This document shows, piece after piece, positions 19,938 to 29,351 of a stretch of 64,000 nucleotides of DNA; position 1 is the stretch's first letter, and each line of letters opens with the position of its first letter. The stretch is from Cyanobacteriota bacterium (lineage in GTDB: Bacteria; Cyanobacteriota; Cyanobacteriia; Thermostichales; Thermostichaceae). The position numbers and the translations under genes are program-made. The stretch covers positions 64,001 to 128,000 of the forward strand of contig JANRIL010000023.1 of the NCBI GenBank assembly GCA_033764955.1, in the 5' to 3' direction. The notes under the pieces were generated by a model, which saw only the letters and a list, made by a program, of their open reading frames with translations, was not told where the DNA came from and ran no database searches.

Positions 19938-21524
19938 TCAGTGGGATCCCGAACCGGAGGAACTGATCGCCGTTTCTTCGGTTGCTGGAACCTCCCCATT
20001 GGGATCCCCATGATGTAACTCTGCCCGCCGCGTCGCGCTGGGAATCAATCCTTCCGGTCGCACTAACATCATGATCACCAGGGTCAGGCCAAACAAAAAT
20101 AGGCGCATCTGAATCGGGTCGATGCTGGTGCTGATAAATTCTTGCCAAGCCGGACTGGGAATGTTGGGCAAAATTGAGGTTTGTAAAACTTTTTTCAGAA
20201 CCTGCGCCAGTTGGGGGAGGTAGAGGCGATCCGCCCCCATGATGATAAAGCAGCCCAAAAGCACCCCCGTCATGTTGCCCAAACCCCCCAAAATCACCAT
20301 ACACAGGATAATCACCGATACTGAAAAATCAAACACCGTCGGGAAGATGGCGCGGATATAGGAGGCATAAAAGGCTCCGGCAAAGCCTGAAAACGTTGCC
20401 CCCATGGCAAAGGCCATCAGTTTGGTTTGGACAAGGTTAATGCCCATCGTGCTGGCAGCCAATTCATCCTCCCGCATGGCCGCCCAGGCTCGTCCGATCC
20501 GGCTTTGCCGCAACCGTCCAATCGCAAACAGCGCCATCACCACCAACGACAGAATCAAAAAGTACCAGGGCAGATAGTTACTGGAGGTAAATGACCCGAT
20601 CAAAGGCAAACTGGGGCGACCAATCGGGTTAATGCCTGCTTCTCCCCCCGTCAAATTGAATGGTTCTTCACAGCCCACCCAACAAATCACCCACTCCGGT
20701 CGATTGAAGAGTCCTCCCAAAAAAGCGCTGATCGGTTCATTCAAGCGAATGCTTGTCAAGTTGCGAAATACAATCGGCACAATCTCGCCAAAACCAAGGG
20801 TGACAATCGCCAGATAGTCTCCCCGTAGGGGCAACGTAGGGGATCCCAAGGTGACCCCCGCCAGCGCCGCCACTGCTGCTGCGATCCAGATAACAATCCA
20901 AAAATTCCACTGCAAGCCCAACTGAGGGGAGGAGAAAAAAGCGGTGGTATAGGCTCCGATGGCAAAAAAAGCCGCATAACCCAGATCTAATAATCCGGCA
21001 TAGCCCACCACAATATTGAGACCAAGAGCCAGCATGGCAAAAATCAAAATTTGGATGACCGTAGCAGTCCAACCCAGCCCAGCCCAATAGTCAATCAACG
21101 GATACAGCACGGCAAATCCGGCCAATACCCACTTGTTGTTGCGTTGGCGATGCTCAGGCAAACCCTGGAGGGATCCCATCCCTAAACCCGTCAGATAGGC
21201 TCCAATCAGCGTACATCCGGCAAACACCACGGTTTGTAGCCAGCTAAGCGCTTCTTCACCTGCCGCCGGCAACAAAACTTGAGCCTCGATCACCGTCGCC
21301 ACCACCCCGACCAGTCCGAGGGTGAGTCCGGCCAGTTGCCCCACCTGTGCCCCTCGGCGTGGGGATCCCAGATCGGGCGTCCAATAGCAGGCCACATGAG
21401 CCGCCGCTGCCCCCAAAATCGCTCCGATCACCACGCTACTCCATCCGCCAAACAGCAGAATCGTTAAAGCAGCAATCAAGCCTAAGAGCAATCCGGCTTT
21501 GGCCGGGGCAGACAGATGAAGCAT
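19938..21524 (-). CDS. branched-chain amino acid ABC permease (LivM-like) with N-terminal TM extension
   Basis: LGLNIVVGYAGLLDLGYAAFFAIGAY, LRGDYLAIVTLGFGEI, GRAWAAMREDELAA. Confidence 0.92.
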   Translation of the reverse strand: MLHLSAPAKAGLLLGLIAALTILLFGGWSSVVIGAILGAAAAHVACYWTPDLGSPRRGAQVGQLAGLTLGLVGVVATVIEAQVLLPAAGEEALSWLQTVVFAGCTLIGAYLTGLGMGSLQGLPEHRQRNNKWVLAGFAVLYPLIDYWAGLGWTATVIQILIFAMLALGLNIVVGYAGLLDLGYAAFFAIGAYTTAFFSSPQLGLQWNFWIVIWIAAAVAALAGVTLGSPTLPLRGDYLAIVTLGFGEIVPIVFRNLTSIRLNEPISAFLGGLFNRPEWVICWVGCEEPFNLTGGEAGINPIGRPSLPLIGSFTSSNYLPWYFLILSLVVMALFAIGRLRQSRIGRAWAAMREDELAASTMGINLVQTKLMAFAMGATFSGFAGAFYASYIRAIFPTVFDFSVSVIILCMVILGGLGNMTGVLLGCFIIMGADRLYLPQLAQVLKKVLQTSILPNIPSPAWQEFISTSIDPIQMRLFLFGLTLVIMMLVRPEGLIPSATRRAELHHGDPNGEVPATEETAISSSGSGSH

Positions 21525-21876
21525 GGAGTTAGGGATCCCTCACAGAGCAATGACAACATTCTAAGGATCATCTGACTAGATGGGTGATTTTGGCTTCAAT
21601 TTGCACAATTCAGCTACCCCAATGGATCCCCTTACCTAAACACCTTTTCCGATGGTAGATCACCTCAAACTCAGCACTAGCGACTCTTAGCCGTCTGCTG
21701 CATTTGAATTGCTTAGACAACCCAGAGAAACCAAAACCCTATACTGGAAGTTCAACTATGGAATAGCCACTCCTCATTTTACGTAACTAAAGTCATATTC
21801 CAGTTTCAGATTGGTGTCTCTCAGAACGAGTAGTAGAAAAAGCTGAAAATAAGTCGAACACCACTACACGACTCGG

Positions 21877-22953
21877 TTACACCTTCTCCTGCACATTTTC
21901 ACCCAACAAGCCCGTTGGTCGAAACACTAAAATTACCACCAAGATCAAAAAGACCCAGGCATTCGTCCAGCGACCCGACAGATATTGATCGCTGAGCGCC
22001 GCCAACACCCCAATCAAAATACCCCCCAGCATCGCCCCCACAATGTTGCCGATTCCCCCCAACACTGCCGCCGTAAATGCCCTCAATCCAGCCGTAAAAC
22101 CCATCGTAAACACAACTGTGTTGTTGTAAAGGCTCACCAACAATCCTCCGGATCCCGCCAAGGCACCCCCAATCAAAAAGGTGAGGGCAATGATTCGATC
22201 CACGTTAATGCCAACAATTTTGGAAGCATCCCGATTTTGTGCTGTAGCTCGCATCGCCTTGCCCAGTTTAGTTTTTTGTACAAACAAGTTGAGGCTAATC
22301 ATTAACACCAAAGCCGTTACCAAAACAACCAGATCCTTGGTGGTGAAAGTAATATTCGTTTGCAGCCCAATTGCCTGTAAAAGGTCAATCCGTGGTAGCA
22401 GATCTGGAAAACTTTTTGGGGCAGCCGCATTGCTGCCCATCAACGGAATAAACGACCGTAAACCTCCCCAAAATAACCCTAGGTTTTGAAAGATAAAGGA
22501 AACACCAATGGCTGAGATTAGAGGAGCTAGACGAGGGGCATTACGTAAAGGACGATAGGCGTATCGCTCAGTAATCACATTCAATAAGGCACAAAAACCT
22601 GCGGCTCCAATTAAGGATATCAAGATGGGTATGATAGCAGACTGAAACGATGTTTCATCCCCCACCCCTAAAACACTCATAATTGTCAGAGCCATAAAGG
22701 CACCGAGCATATAAAGATCACCGTGGGCAAAGTTAATCAATTCGATAATGCCGTAAACCAGCGTATAACCCAAGGCAATGATGGCAATAATCGCTCCATT
22801 GGTAATGCCCACTAAGAGCTGCTGCACCAACAGTTGAGGGTTAGCCACAATATCTTGGATGATACGGGCAGGGTCAAATCCGGCTAGCTGACCCAACAAC
22901 AGGGTGAGATAAATCACCACTACCAAAAGCAAACTTTTCTGCCAGTTTTTCAT
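21877..22953 (-). CDS. branched-chain amino acid ABC permease (LivH-like)
   Basis: IALGYTLVYGIIELINFAHG, LGKAMRATAQN, AFTAAVLGGIG. Confidence 0.93.
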   Translation of the reverse strand: MKNWQKSLLLVVVIYLTLLLGQLAGFDPARIIQDIVANPQLLVQQLLVGITNGAIIAIIALGYTLVYGIIELINFAHGDLYMLGAFMALTIMSVLGVGDETSFQSAIIPILISLIGAAGFCALLNVITERYAYRPLRNAPRLAPLISAIGVSFIFQNLGLFWGGLRSFIPLMGSNAAAPKSFPDLLPRIDLLQAIGLQTNITFTTKDLVVLVTALVLMISLNLFVQKTKLGKAMRATAQNRDASKIVGINVDRIIALTFLIGGALAGSGGLLVSLYNNTVVFTMGFTAGLRAFTAAVLGGIGNIVGAMLGGILIGVLAALSDQYLSGRWTNAWVFLILVVILVFRPTGLLGENVQEKV

Positions 22954-23375
22954 AACGGTTATTGCAAGAGATTGAAGAAATTTTCATGAATGGACAAACT
23001 ACCCTAACAGCTAGATGGAGGCCATCGCTGAGCTGCGACCCATGGAAGGATCCCTCAACGGGAATTCCTAAACAATAGCCATGCAAAAAGCAATGTTAGG
23101 AGATTTATCTTCAGGAGATCTTTAGGATAATACTCCCTCTCCTGGCTGTTAGCTCAGGTAACCCCAATATTTGCTTGGGCTAGCCAAACAATGGGTGTTT
23201 CGCAAATAAGACTCTCTCACCTTGCTTGCTTGTGGACAGGTTGTTGGTAATGAACGATACTTTTCTCAAAGAAAATTCACAGGGATCCCTGGCACTTTCG
23301 TCAAGCCCAATACCTTCTTACCCTCGGATCCCCGCCTAGCATTTGAGCAGAGCAGAGGAATGGAGAAGGAAGCTC

Positions 23376-24386
23376 ATGATTTGCATCCCGAACAAGAGGA
23401 GGCAGGGATCCCTACTCTGGGAATCTGTCTTCTGGCTGATGGGTGGCTTTGTGGTTGGGACTCCAGGGGCTGAGGCATACCCAAAAACCTTTCAAAAAGG
23501 GATTGTTCAGTCGGTTGAAAATGGCGACACCATTTGGGTGAAATTACCCGAATCCGGCAACAGGTTGGTGCAGGTGCGCTTAGCCAATATTGATGCCCCC
23601 GAGATGGGTCAATACCCTTGGGGAGAGTTATCCCGACAGGCACTGGCCGCTCGGCTCCCCCAAGGACAGGAGGTGATGCTCAACACCCGCTATGTCACGC
23701 CGGATCCCTTGCATATTGCGGAGGTGTATACCCCCAAAGGCTTAATTAACCTGCTGATGCTCAAGGAGGGGCAGGCTGTTCTGTATGGGTATCATTTGCC
23801 TCCTAGCTCGGATCTCAGCTACTACCAGGCAGCTCAGTTGGGGGCGCAGACCGCCCGCCTTAACTTTTGGGATCAAGCCCAGCCGGAAATGCCCTGGGAT
23901 TTTCGCGCCAGTCAACTGTCAACCAGCACCTATGGAAGTGTTCCATCCGCAATTCCTTTCTGGAATCGGGTGGTTGATGCTCCCCTAGCCCCCGTGGGAT
24001 TTGGACTGCTAGCGCTCCTGATGGTGATCGGATCGGCTTCATGGATGAAGCAGAAGATGTTAAAAGCCTTGCCTTCAGTCTCTCTCTCCCGCCAGGAATG
24101 TCAGCGGTCACTGCTGCATAGTCTAACTCTACAAAAAAAATTGGAACGGCTACTGGATCGAGCCAAACAAGAGGAACATCGTTGGCAGGAGAGACTAGCC
24201 CTAGCCTTGCAGCAAGAAAATCTTCCCTTGAGTGAAACCTGCCTCACCCAGAAAAATCGCCATAGCCAAACGATCAACGATCTGCAAAGCTCCTTAGAAG
24301 AGGTGACGAGAGACGTGACCCACTGGCGAGAATCTCTTATCCAGGCCGAACAGCCCGTCAGCCATCTGACTCCACCTCAGACCTAG
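23376..24386 (+). CDS. thermonuclease (SNase)-like domain + TM + PspA/Vipp1-like coiled coil
   Basis: VENGDTI...VRLANIDAPEMGQ.PWG...MPWDFR; TM GFGLLALLMVIG; QKKLE...EEHRWQERLALALQQEN..L...L.QK; start uncertain (23343 or 23376). Confidence 0.75.
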   Translation: MICIPNKRRQGSLLWESVFWLMGGFVVGTPGAEAYPKTFQKGIVQSVENGDTIWVKLPESGNRLVQVRLANIDAPEMGQYPWGELSRQALAARLPQGQEVMLNTRYVTPDPLHIAEVYTPKGLINLLMLKEGQAVLYGYHLPPSSDLSYYQAAQLGAQTARLNFWDQAQPEMPWDFRASQLSTSTYGSVPSAIPFWNRVVDAPLAPVGFGLLALLMVIGSASWMKQKMLKALPSVSLSRQECQRSLLHSLTLQKKLERLLDRAKQEEHRWQERLALALQQENLPLSETCLTQKNRHSQTINDLQSSLEEVTRDVTHWRESLIQAEQPVSHLTPPQT

Positions 24387-24515
24387 GCAACAATTTTCCC
24401 TATCTTCATCTCACGATTGAACAAGCTTGGCCAGAACCCTATCTCGCTCACTAATGAAGGGAATAACTGTATTGGTCACTGAAAGTTTCCTACTCAAATT
24501 TCCAATCAACGTCTC

Positions 24516-26213
24516 TCAAGGATAATGTTCAGGTAAGGTGTGGGTTGGAGAGACTCGCCAAAGATGATTCAGTTGATTAGCTGGGAGTGTTAAATATAAA
24601 ACGTCACCCGGAGCTAGTTGTGTTTCCAAAAGCTGCCAACTGTGTAAGGTTTGGTTACGGCGTTCTAAATAAAGGGGCACAAAATCGATACCCGTGGCAG
24701 CTTCTTTAACTTGTCGTCCACAAAAGGCGTGATTTTCGGTAATTAAAGTGGCTAGAGCCACCCAAAGACTATTGGCAATCTGACCATTTCCTAAAATTCT
24801 GCCTCCCAAAGCGGCTGCCGCAAACGTAGGAGCCACCAACTCTGCAGGACTCAAAACAGCCTCAAACTCAAAAACATGCTGAACCTTCCGTGCAAATAAG
24901 GGATCATGATTACGAGCGACCACACGAATACGGGGAGCTAATCCCTTGCTAGCTAGAGCTATTTCCAGGTTGACGGTGTCGTTACTTGTGACCGCAATGA
25001 TGGCTTCTGCCTGTTCGATATTCACCATTTGCAAAGTAGCAGATAAGCTCGCATCCTCAATTAAAACGGGGATCCGCAAAGAACGAGCTGTATTGAGAAA
25101 ACGACAGTTAGGATCTTGTTCAATCACAACCACTTCATGCCCTTGTTGATGCAAATAGATAGCAACATGAACACCAATTCCCCCCAATCCGCAAACAATA
25201 TAATGATGACGTTGTGGCACACGAGCTACATCCCAAAACTGTCGCAAACGGGTTCCTAAAACAAAATCATTGAGGAGGGCATAACAAATACCAATAATTG
25301 CTGCTCCGACTAGCATCATCAGCACTGTAAAAAGTTTGATGGATAGAGGAGCACTCTCAACTATATCGTCTTTTCCACCAGCTCCCGTAATCATCCCCAC
25401 CGAGAAGTAAAGAGCATCAACGAAAGAGGTATTGAGGTTGCTAAAAATGTAGGTAAATGTTGCTAAGAGAATAGTCAATAATAGAATTAATATAACTCCC
25501 AAAATAGGCTGTTCATATTCACGAAATCGTTGCAGGCTAATCATAAATCGCACCAAAGGAGCGCGCCATGATCCCCTCTGGGAATGGGTCTTTGGCTTGC
25601 TACCAATCAGCAAGCGATCTCCACTGTGAAGGGTTTGTCCTTTAATCACCGCCGAAACTAAATCAAGGGATTCATAGATAGGCAGGTAGTAGAGCAACAT
25701 TTGATTTGGATTGTCCCAAAGCTCACTTAGTTTTTTGCCCTTCCAGGGGTGATCTTCATCGATCAATTCCTCATGAATTGGCCAGGTTTTCCCAAATAAT
25801 TGCAGTTGTCCAATGGCTTGGTTTCCCATCGCCGCAAATGAGAAAATGGGGGCTGCCAATGCCGCAACACTCATGGAAAAATGATCAGTTAATGTCCGGT
25901 CTAGATGCTCCCCTAAACTACTATCAAAAATTCGATTAATCACTCGAATTCGAGGATTTAGGAAGCGCGCCTGGACTAAAATCGCTAAATTGAGGCTGTG
26001 ATCAGCCCCTGCCAAGATTAAGGTCTGGGCAGAACGGATCCCGGCAGCAAGTAGGGTTGTGGAAGCACGGGGATCCCCAACCACGATATCTTCTGACTCG
26101 GAGGCAAGCGGACAATCGCTAATCCCTTTCACTAGGGATCCCTGTTGCCGAAGCAGGCGAAAAATCTTGTAGCCAGTGCGACCCATGCCGCAAACAATGA
26201 TTCGAGGATCCAT
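24516..26213 (-). CDS. potassium channel protein with TrkA/RCK NAD-binding domains
   Basis: IIVCGMGRTG and YIVCGLGGIG Rossmann motifs; DALYFSVGMITGAGG pore segment flanked by TMs. Confidence 0.9.
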   Translation of the reverse strand: MDPRIIVCGMGRTGYKIFRLLRQQGSLVKGISDCPLASESEDIVVGDPRASTTLLAAGIRSAQTLILAGADHSLNLAILVQARFLNPRIRVINRIFDSSLGEHLDRTLTDHFSMSVAALAAPIFSFAAMGNQAIGQLQLFGKTWPIHEELIDEDHPWKGKKLSELWDNPNQMLLYYLPIYESLDLVSAVIKGQTLHSGDRLLIGSKPKTHSQRGSWRAPLVRFMISLQRFREYEQPILGVILILLLTILLATFTYIFSNLNTSFVDALYFSVGMITGAGGKDDIVESAPLSIKLFTVLMMLVGAAIIGICYALLNDFVLGTRLRQFWDVARVPQRHHYIVCGLGGIGVHVAIYLHQQGHEVVVIEQDPNCRFLNTARSLRIPVLIEDASLSATLQMVNIEQAEAIIAVTSNDTVNLEIALASKGLAPRIRVVARNHDPLFARKVQHVFEFEAVLSPAELVAPTFAAAALGGRILGNGQIANSLWVALATLITENHAFCGRQVKEAATGIDFVPLYLERRNQTLHSWQLLETQLAPGDVLYLTLPANQLNHLWRVSPTHTLPEHYP

Positions 26214-26448
26214 AGGGCAATGGGAGTAACATCCTCCTAAAACTCTAGCGCGATCCGCAGAATCCACAACTACCCGGTGGAGACAAGAAGCGCGGCCAAC
26301 GGACAAAGTTCAAACTGTTGAGTCAGCCTCCCCCCATCAATTGCCCAAAATTACCCCATTTGGATAGTCTAAATATCCACAGCCCACATAACCATAAAAA
26401 GGGCTTCTCCTGCTGAGGACACCATCCATCAACACTCGTGAATTTTTT

Positions 26449-29190
26449 CTAGTGAATCTTTTCCAGCCAAGTGCGAACATTGACCCGCAAAACCTGCCCC
26501 AGTTGCAGGAGTTGCAGCAATCTCGGAGTAGAAATATCTTGGCAAGCTTCTTGAGGCCATGCCTGACATCGGGGAACAATTTGACTTTCTAAACAGGCCA
26601 AATAAAGCTCTTGTAAACGATCCAACCCAATGGGTAATTCCAGATCAGCAGCCAGATGTAACCAATACTCTAGTTTGATCAGTTGGGTATTGAAATCAGA
26701 AAGATTAAAGAGATGAGCCAGTTGCCATAGACAACGATGCAACAAGCGATCTAGGGTTTTGGCTGCCTCCCCCCGCCGCAGTTGACAGCCCAATTGCTGA
26801 GCTTCGTGGAGAATGGCTCGCAACTCCAGGGCATGATCATCTTGATGGCTATCTTCCATCTCCAAACCTTGTAAGCAGGCGATGAGTCGCTGATTGAGGC
26901 TGATCTGGGCAGCCACCTGGAGTTCTTCAGGAACTTCTAGGCCATCAGCCCGAAACGCCATCAAAATGCTGTAGTTATCCAGATAGGTTTGGCGATAGAG
27001 CTGATTGAGGCGACTGAGGGTGTCTTGGGTGAGCCACTGCATAATCTGCTGTCGCTCTTCCGTGGCTAGGTGGCTCAGGTTATAAACTTCCCGACCGAAC
27101 AGATCCTGAATAGCGATGACTAGCTCGACGCGGTTGAGCTTTCGGGATCCCCCCAACAATTGCGCCTTCAGTTCTTCGTAGGCACGTCGCCCCGGAAACA
27201 GTTGGATGCCGCAATGAAAGTCCCATCCCCCCAAATGCAAAACAGCATAGGCTAGTTCTTGGCTTTCGCGGGTGAGACTGGAATGGAGCTTCAAGCGCCC
27301 GACCGCTAATGTGGCTCCCCCCAGGGTGCGACGGTCGTGATCCAGTAGCTCCAATAGGTAGCCCTGTAATTCGGTGCGACGACCGCTATTGGCAAACAGG
27401 GAACTCATAGCATACTGAGCTGCTACCTTGCTGGGACTGATCAGGGCAGGTTGCACGAGGGCGCGGTAGACCCCTTCTCCATCGCGGAATTGCCCAACAT
27501 TACTAGGGGCGGGTTCCAGGCGGGTGCGAAACTCAGGTTCTAGATTGACCCCGGTCACCTCAGCCGCCAGTTCCATAGCCCGTGCTGCATAGCGGAGGAT
27601 TTGTACTCCCTCAGGGCGGGAAATTTCTTCAAAAAACCAGCCGCAACTGGTGAACATCAGTTGACTGTAGCGTTGGCTTTCCAGTAGTCGCAAGACATCC
27701 GTTTGTTCGACTGGGGTGAGGTCGTGCCGTTGGTGGCTTTGCAGAAAGGCAGACGTGGCTTCGCGGTTGAGGATCACCTCAATGTAGTGATCCCGTGCTT
27801 GCCAGGGATCCCGTAAATAGGCTTCCGCCTCGGTGACAAACAATCCAGCCAACTGATCCCGCAACCAGTTGAGAGCGGAACGGAGGGGTTGTCGCCATTT
27901 TTGATGCCAGCCACCGCCACCGCCACACCCACAGTCCGCCTGCCAGCGATCCACACCGTGGGAGCAACTCCAGGCGGTGACGGGTTTCAACTGCACCTCC
28001 CAGGTGGGGGGATGTTGGCTGAGGTAATGGGCATAATTGCTGACTTGCCAACCCCGACGGGGAAAGTCTTGAGTGAGAGCATAGGCGAGGGTGCGCTCCA
28101 CGCCTTTTTTGTGATGCCCAAAAGTCTCGCCATCGGTGGCACATTGGATGATTCGGTTATGGGGAAGGGATCCCTTGCTAGCGGCAGCCATCCGCCCACT
28201 TAAACGGCTGCTGTCATAGACCACATCACTAAAGCCAAGATCGCGGGAAATCGGGCCATCAAAAAAGAAAATATCCAGATAGGCTTCCCGGTTGGGCAGG
28301 TAATAGCGGTAGGGACGGGTGGGATCAATCTGCCCTTGGCTGACATCTTGCCACTCACTTGCCCCGGATCCCCCGATGGGACGACAGCGATAGGCTTGGC
28401 TGGGGGCAAGGATCGTAAAGCGGATGCCAGCTTCGATCAACGCCACGGCGGTAGCCTGATCAATGGCCGTTTCCGCCAGCCACATCCCCTCCGGTTGCCG
28501 TCCGAAGCGATGGCGAAAATCCGCGATGCCCCAGGCAATTTGGGTGCGTTTATCCCGTTCGCTGGCGAGGGGCAGGATGATGTGGTTGTATACCTGGGCG
28601 ATGGCGTTGCCATGCCCGTTTAGCCGTTGGGCACTGAGGCGATCGGCGGCCAGAATGCGTTGATAGACTTCGATATCCTGCTGCTCAATCCAGGAGAGGA
28701 GTGTGGGGCCAAAGTTAAAGCTGAGGTATTCGTAGTTGTTGACGATTTGTAACACCTGTCCCTGTCCATCCAAAATGCGGGCGAAGGCGTTGGGACGATA
28801 GCATTCCGCCAAAATCCGCTCGTTCCAGTTGTGGAAGGGGGCAGCGCTGGGTTGTCGTTCGATCGAGTTTGTCCAGGGATTTTCGCGGGGGGGCTGGTAA
28901 AAATGCCCGTGCATGGTCACGTAGATGGCGGGCTGGGTAGAGTTCGCCGTCAGCGCCTGTTTTTGCTCTTCCGAAATCAGTGGCGACAGCTCAGGCTGAG
29001 TTCCCTGCTCCATCGGGGACTGCGGCTGATTTTCTAGGGATTTTTCTAAAAAAGCATGGCTGCCAGCATCGAGTAGGGGAGAGGGGATCCCTGCCCCATG
29101 CTCCACAGGAGGAAGATCCTGTCTGTCGGGGGCTTGACCCACAGCTCCTAGGGAAGGGATGGCCGGAGTGGTTTCGGGAGGAGGGAGCAT
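26449..29190 (-). CDS. DUF3536 / glycoside hydrolase family 57 protein
   Basis: HGHFYQPPRENPW, SFNFGPTLLSW, YNHIILPLA, GMWLAETA, ATDGETFGHH, MFTSCGWFFEE. Confidence 0.9.
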   Translation of the reverse strand: MLPPPETTPAIPSLGAVGQAPDRQDLPPVEHGAGIPSPLLDAGSHAFLEKSLENQPQSPMEQGTQPELSPLISEEQKQALTANSTQPAIYVTMHGHFYQPPRENPWTNSIERQPSAAPFHNWNERILAECYRPNAFARILDGQGQVLQIVNNYEYLSFNFGPTLLSWIEQQDIEVYQRILAADRLSAQRLNGHGNAIAQVYNHIILPLASERDKRTQIAWGIADFRHRFGRQPEGMWLAETAIDQATAVALIEAGIRFTILAPSQAYRCRPIGGSGASEWQDVSQGQIDPTRPYRYYLPNREAYLDIFFFDGPISRDLGFSDVVYDSSRLSGRMAAASKGSLPHNRIIQCATDGETFGHHKKGVERTLAYALTQDFPRRGWQVSNYAHYLSQHPPTWEVQLKPVTAWSCSHGVDRWQADCGCGGGGGWHQKWRQPLRSALNWLRDQLAGLFVTEAEAYLRDPWQARDHYIEVILNREATSAFLQSHQRHDLTPVEQTDVLRLLESQRYSQLMFTSCGWFFEEISRPEGVQILRYAARAMELAAEVTGVNLEPEFRTRLEPAPSNVGQFRDGEGVYRALVQPALISPSKVAAQYAMSSLFANSGRRTELQGYLLELLDHDRRTLGGATLAVGRLKLHSSLTRESQELAYAVLHLGGWDFHCGIQLFPGRRAYEELKAQLLGGSRKLNRVELVIAIQDLFGREVYNLSHLATEERQQIMQWLTQDTLSRLNQLYRQTYLDNYSILMAFRADGLEVPEELQVAAQISLNQRLIACLQGLEMEDSHQDDHALELRAILHEAQQLGCQLRRGEAAKTLDRLLHRCLWQLAHLFNLSDFNTQLIKLEYWLHLAADLELPIGLDRLQELYLACLESQIVPRCQAWPQEACQDISTPRLLQLLQLGQVLRVNVRTWLEKIH

Positions 29191-29351
29191 TTCTATCCAA
29201 AGCAATCATTTTCAACACGTTACAATGATCCCTGGATCCCAGCTATGAATGTAAAGAATTTCGTCAGAATGTTTGTCCCCTGAAAAGTAGTTTTGAATAC
29301 GGAAATAATTGCTCAAAATAGAGATCTTGCTTTTTTCGTCCCGATCCCCCC

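Noticed and set aside
21525..21876. AT-rich 350-bp gap between the two Liv-type permease genes
   Set aside because: No ORF, terminal repeats or RNA motif that I can support
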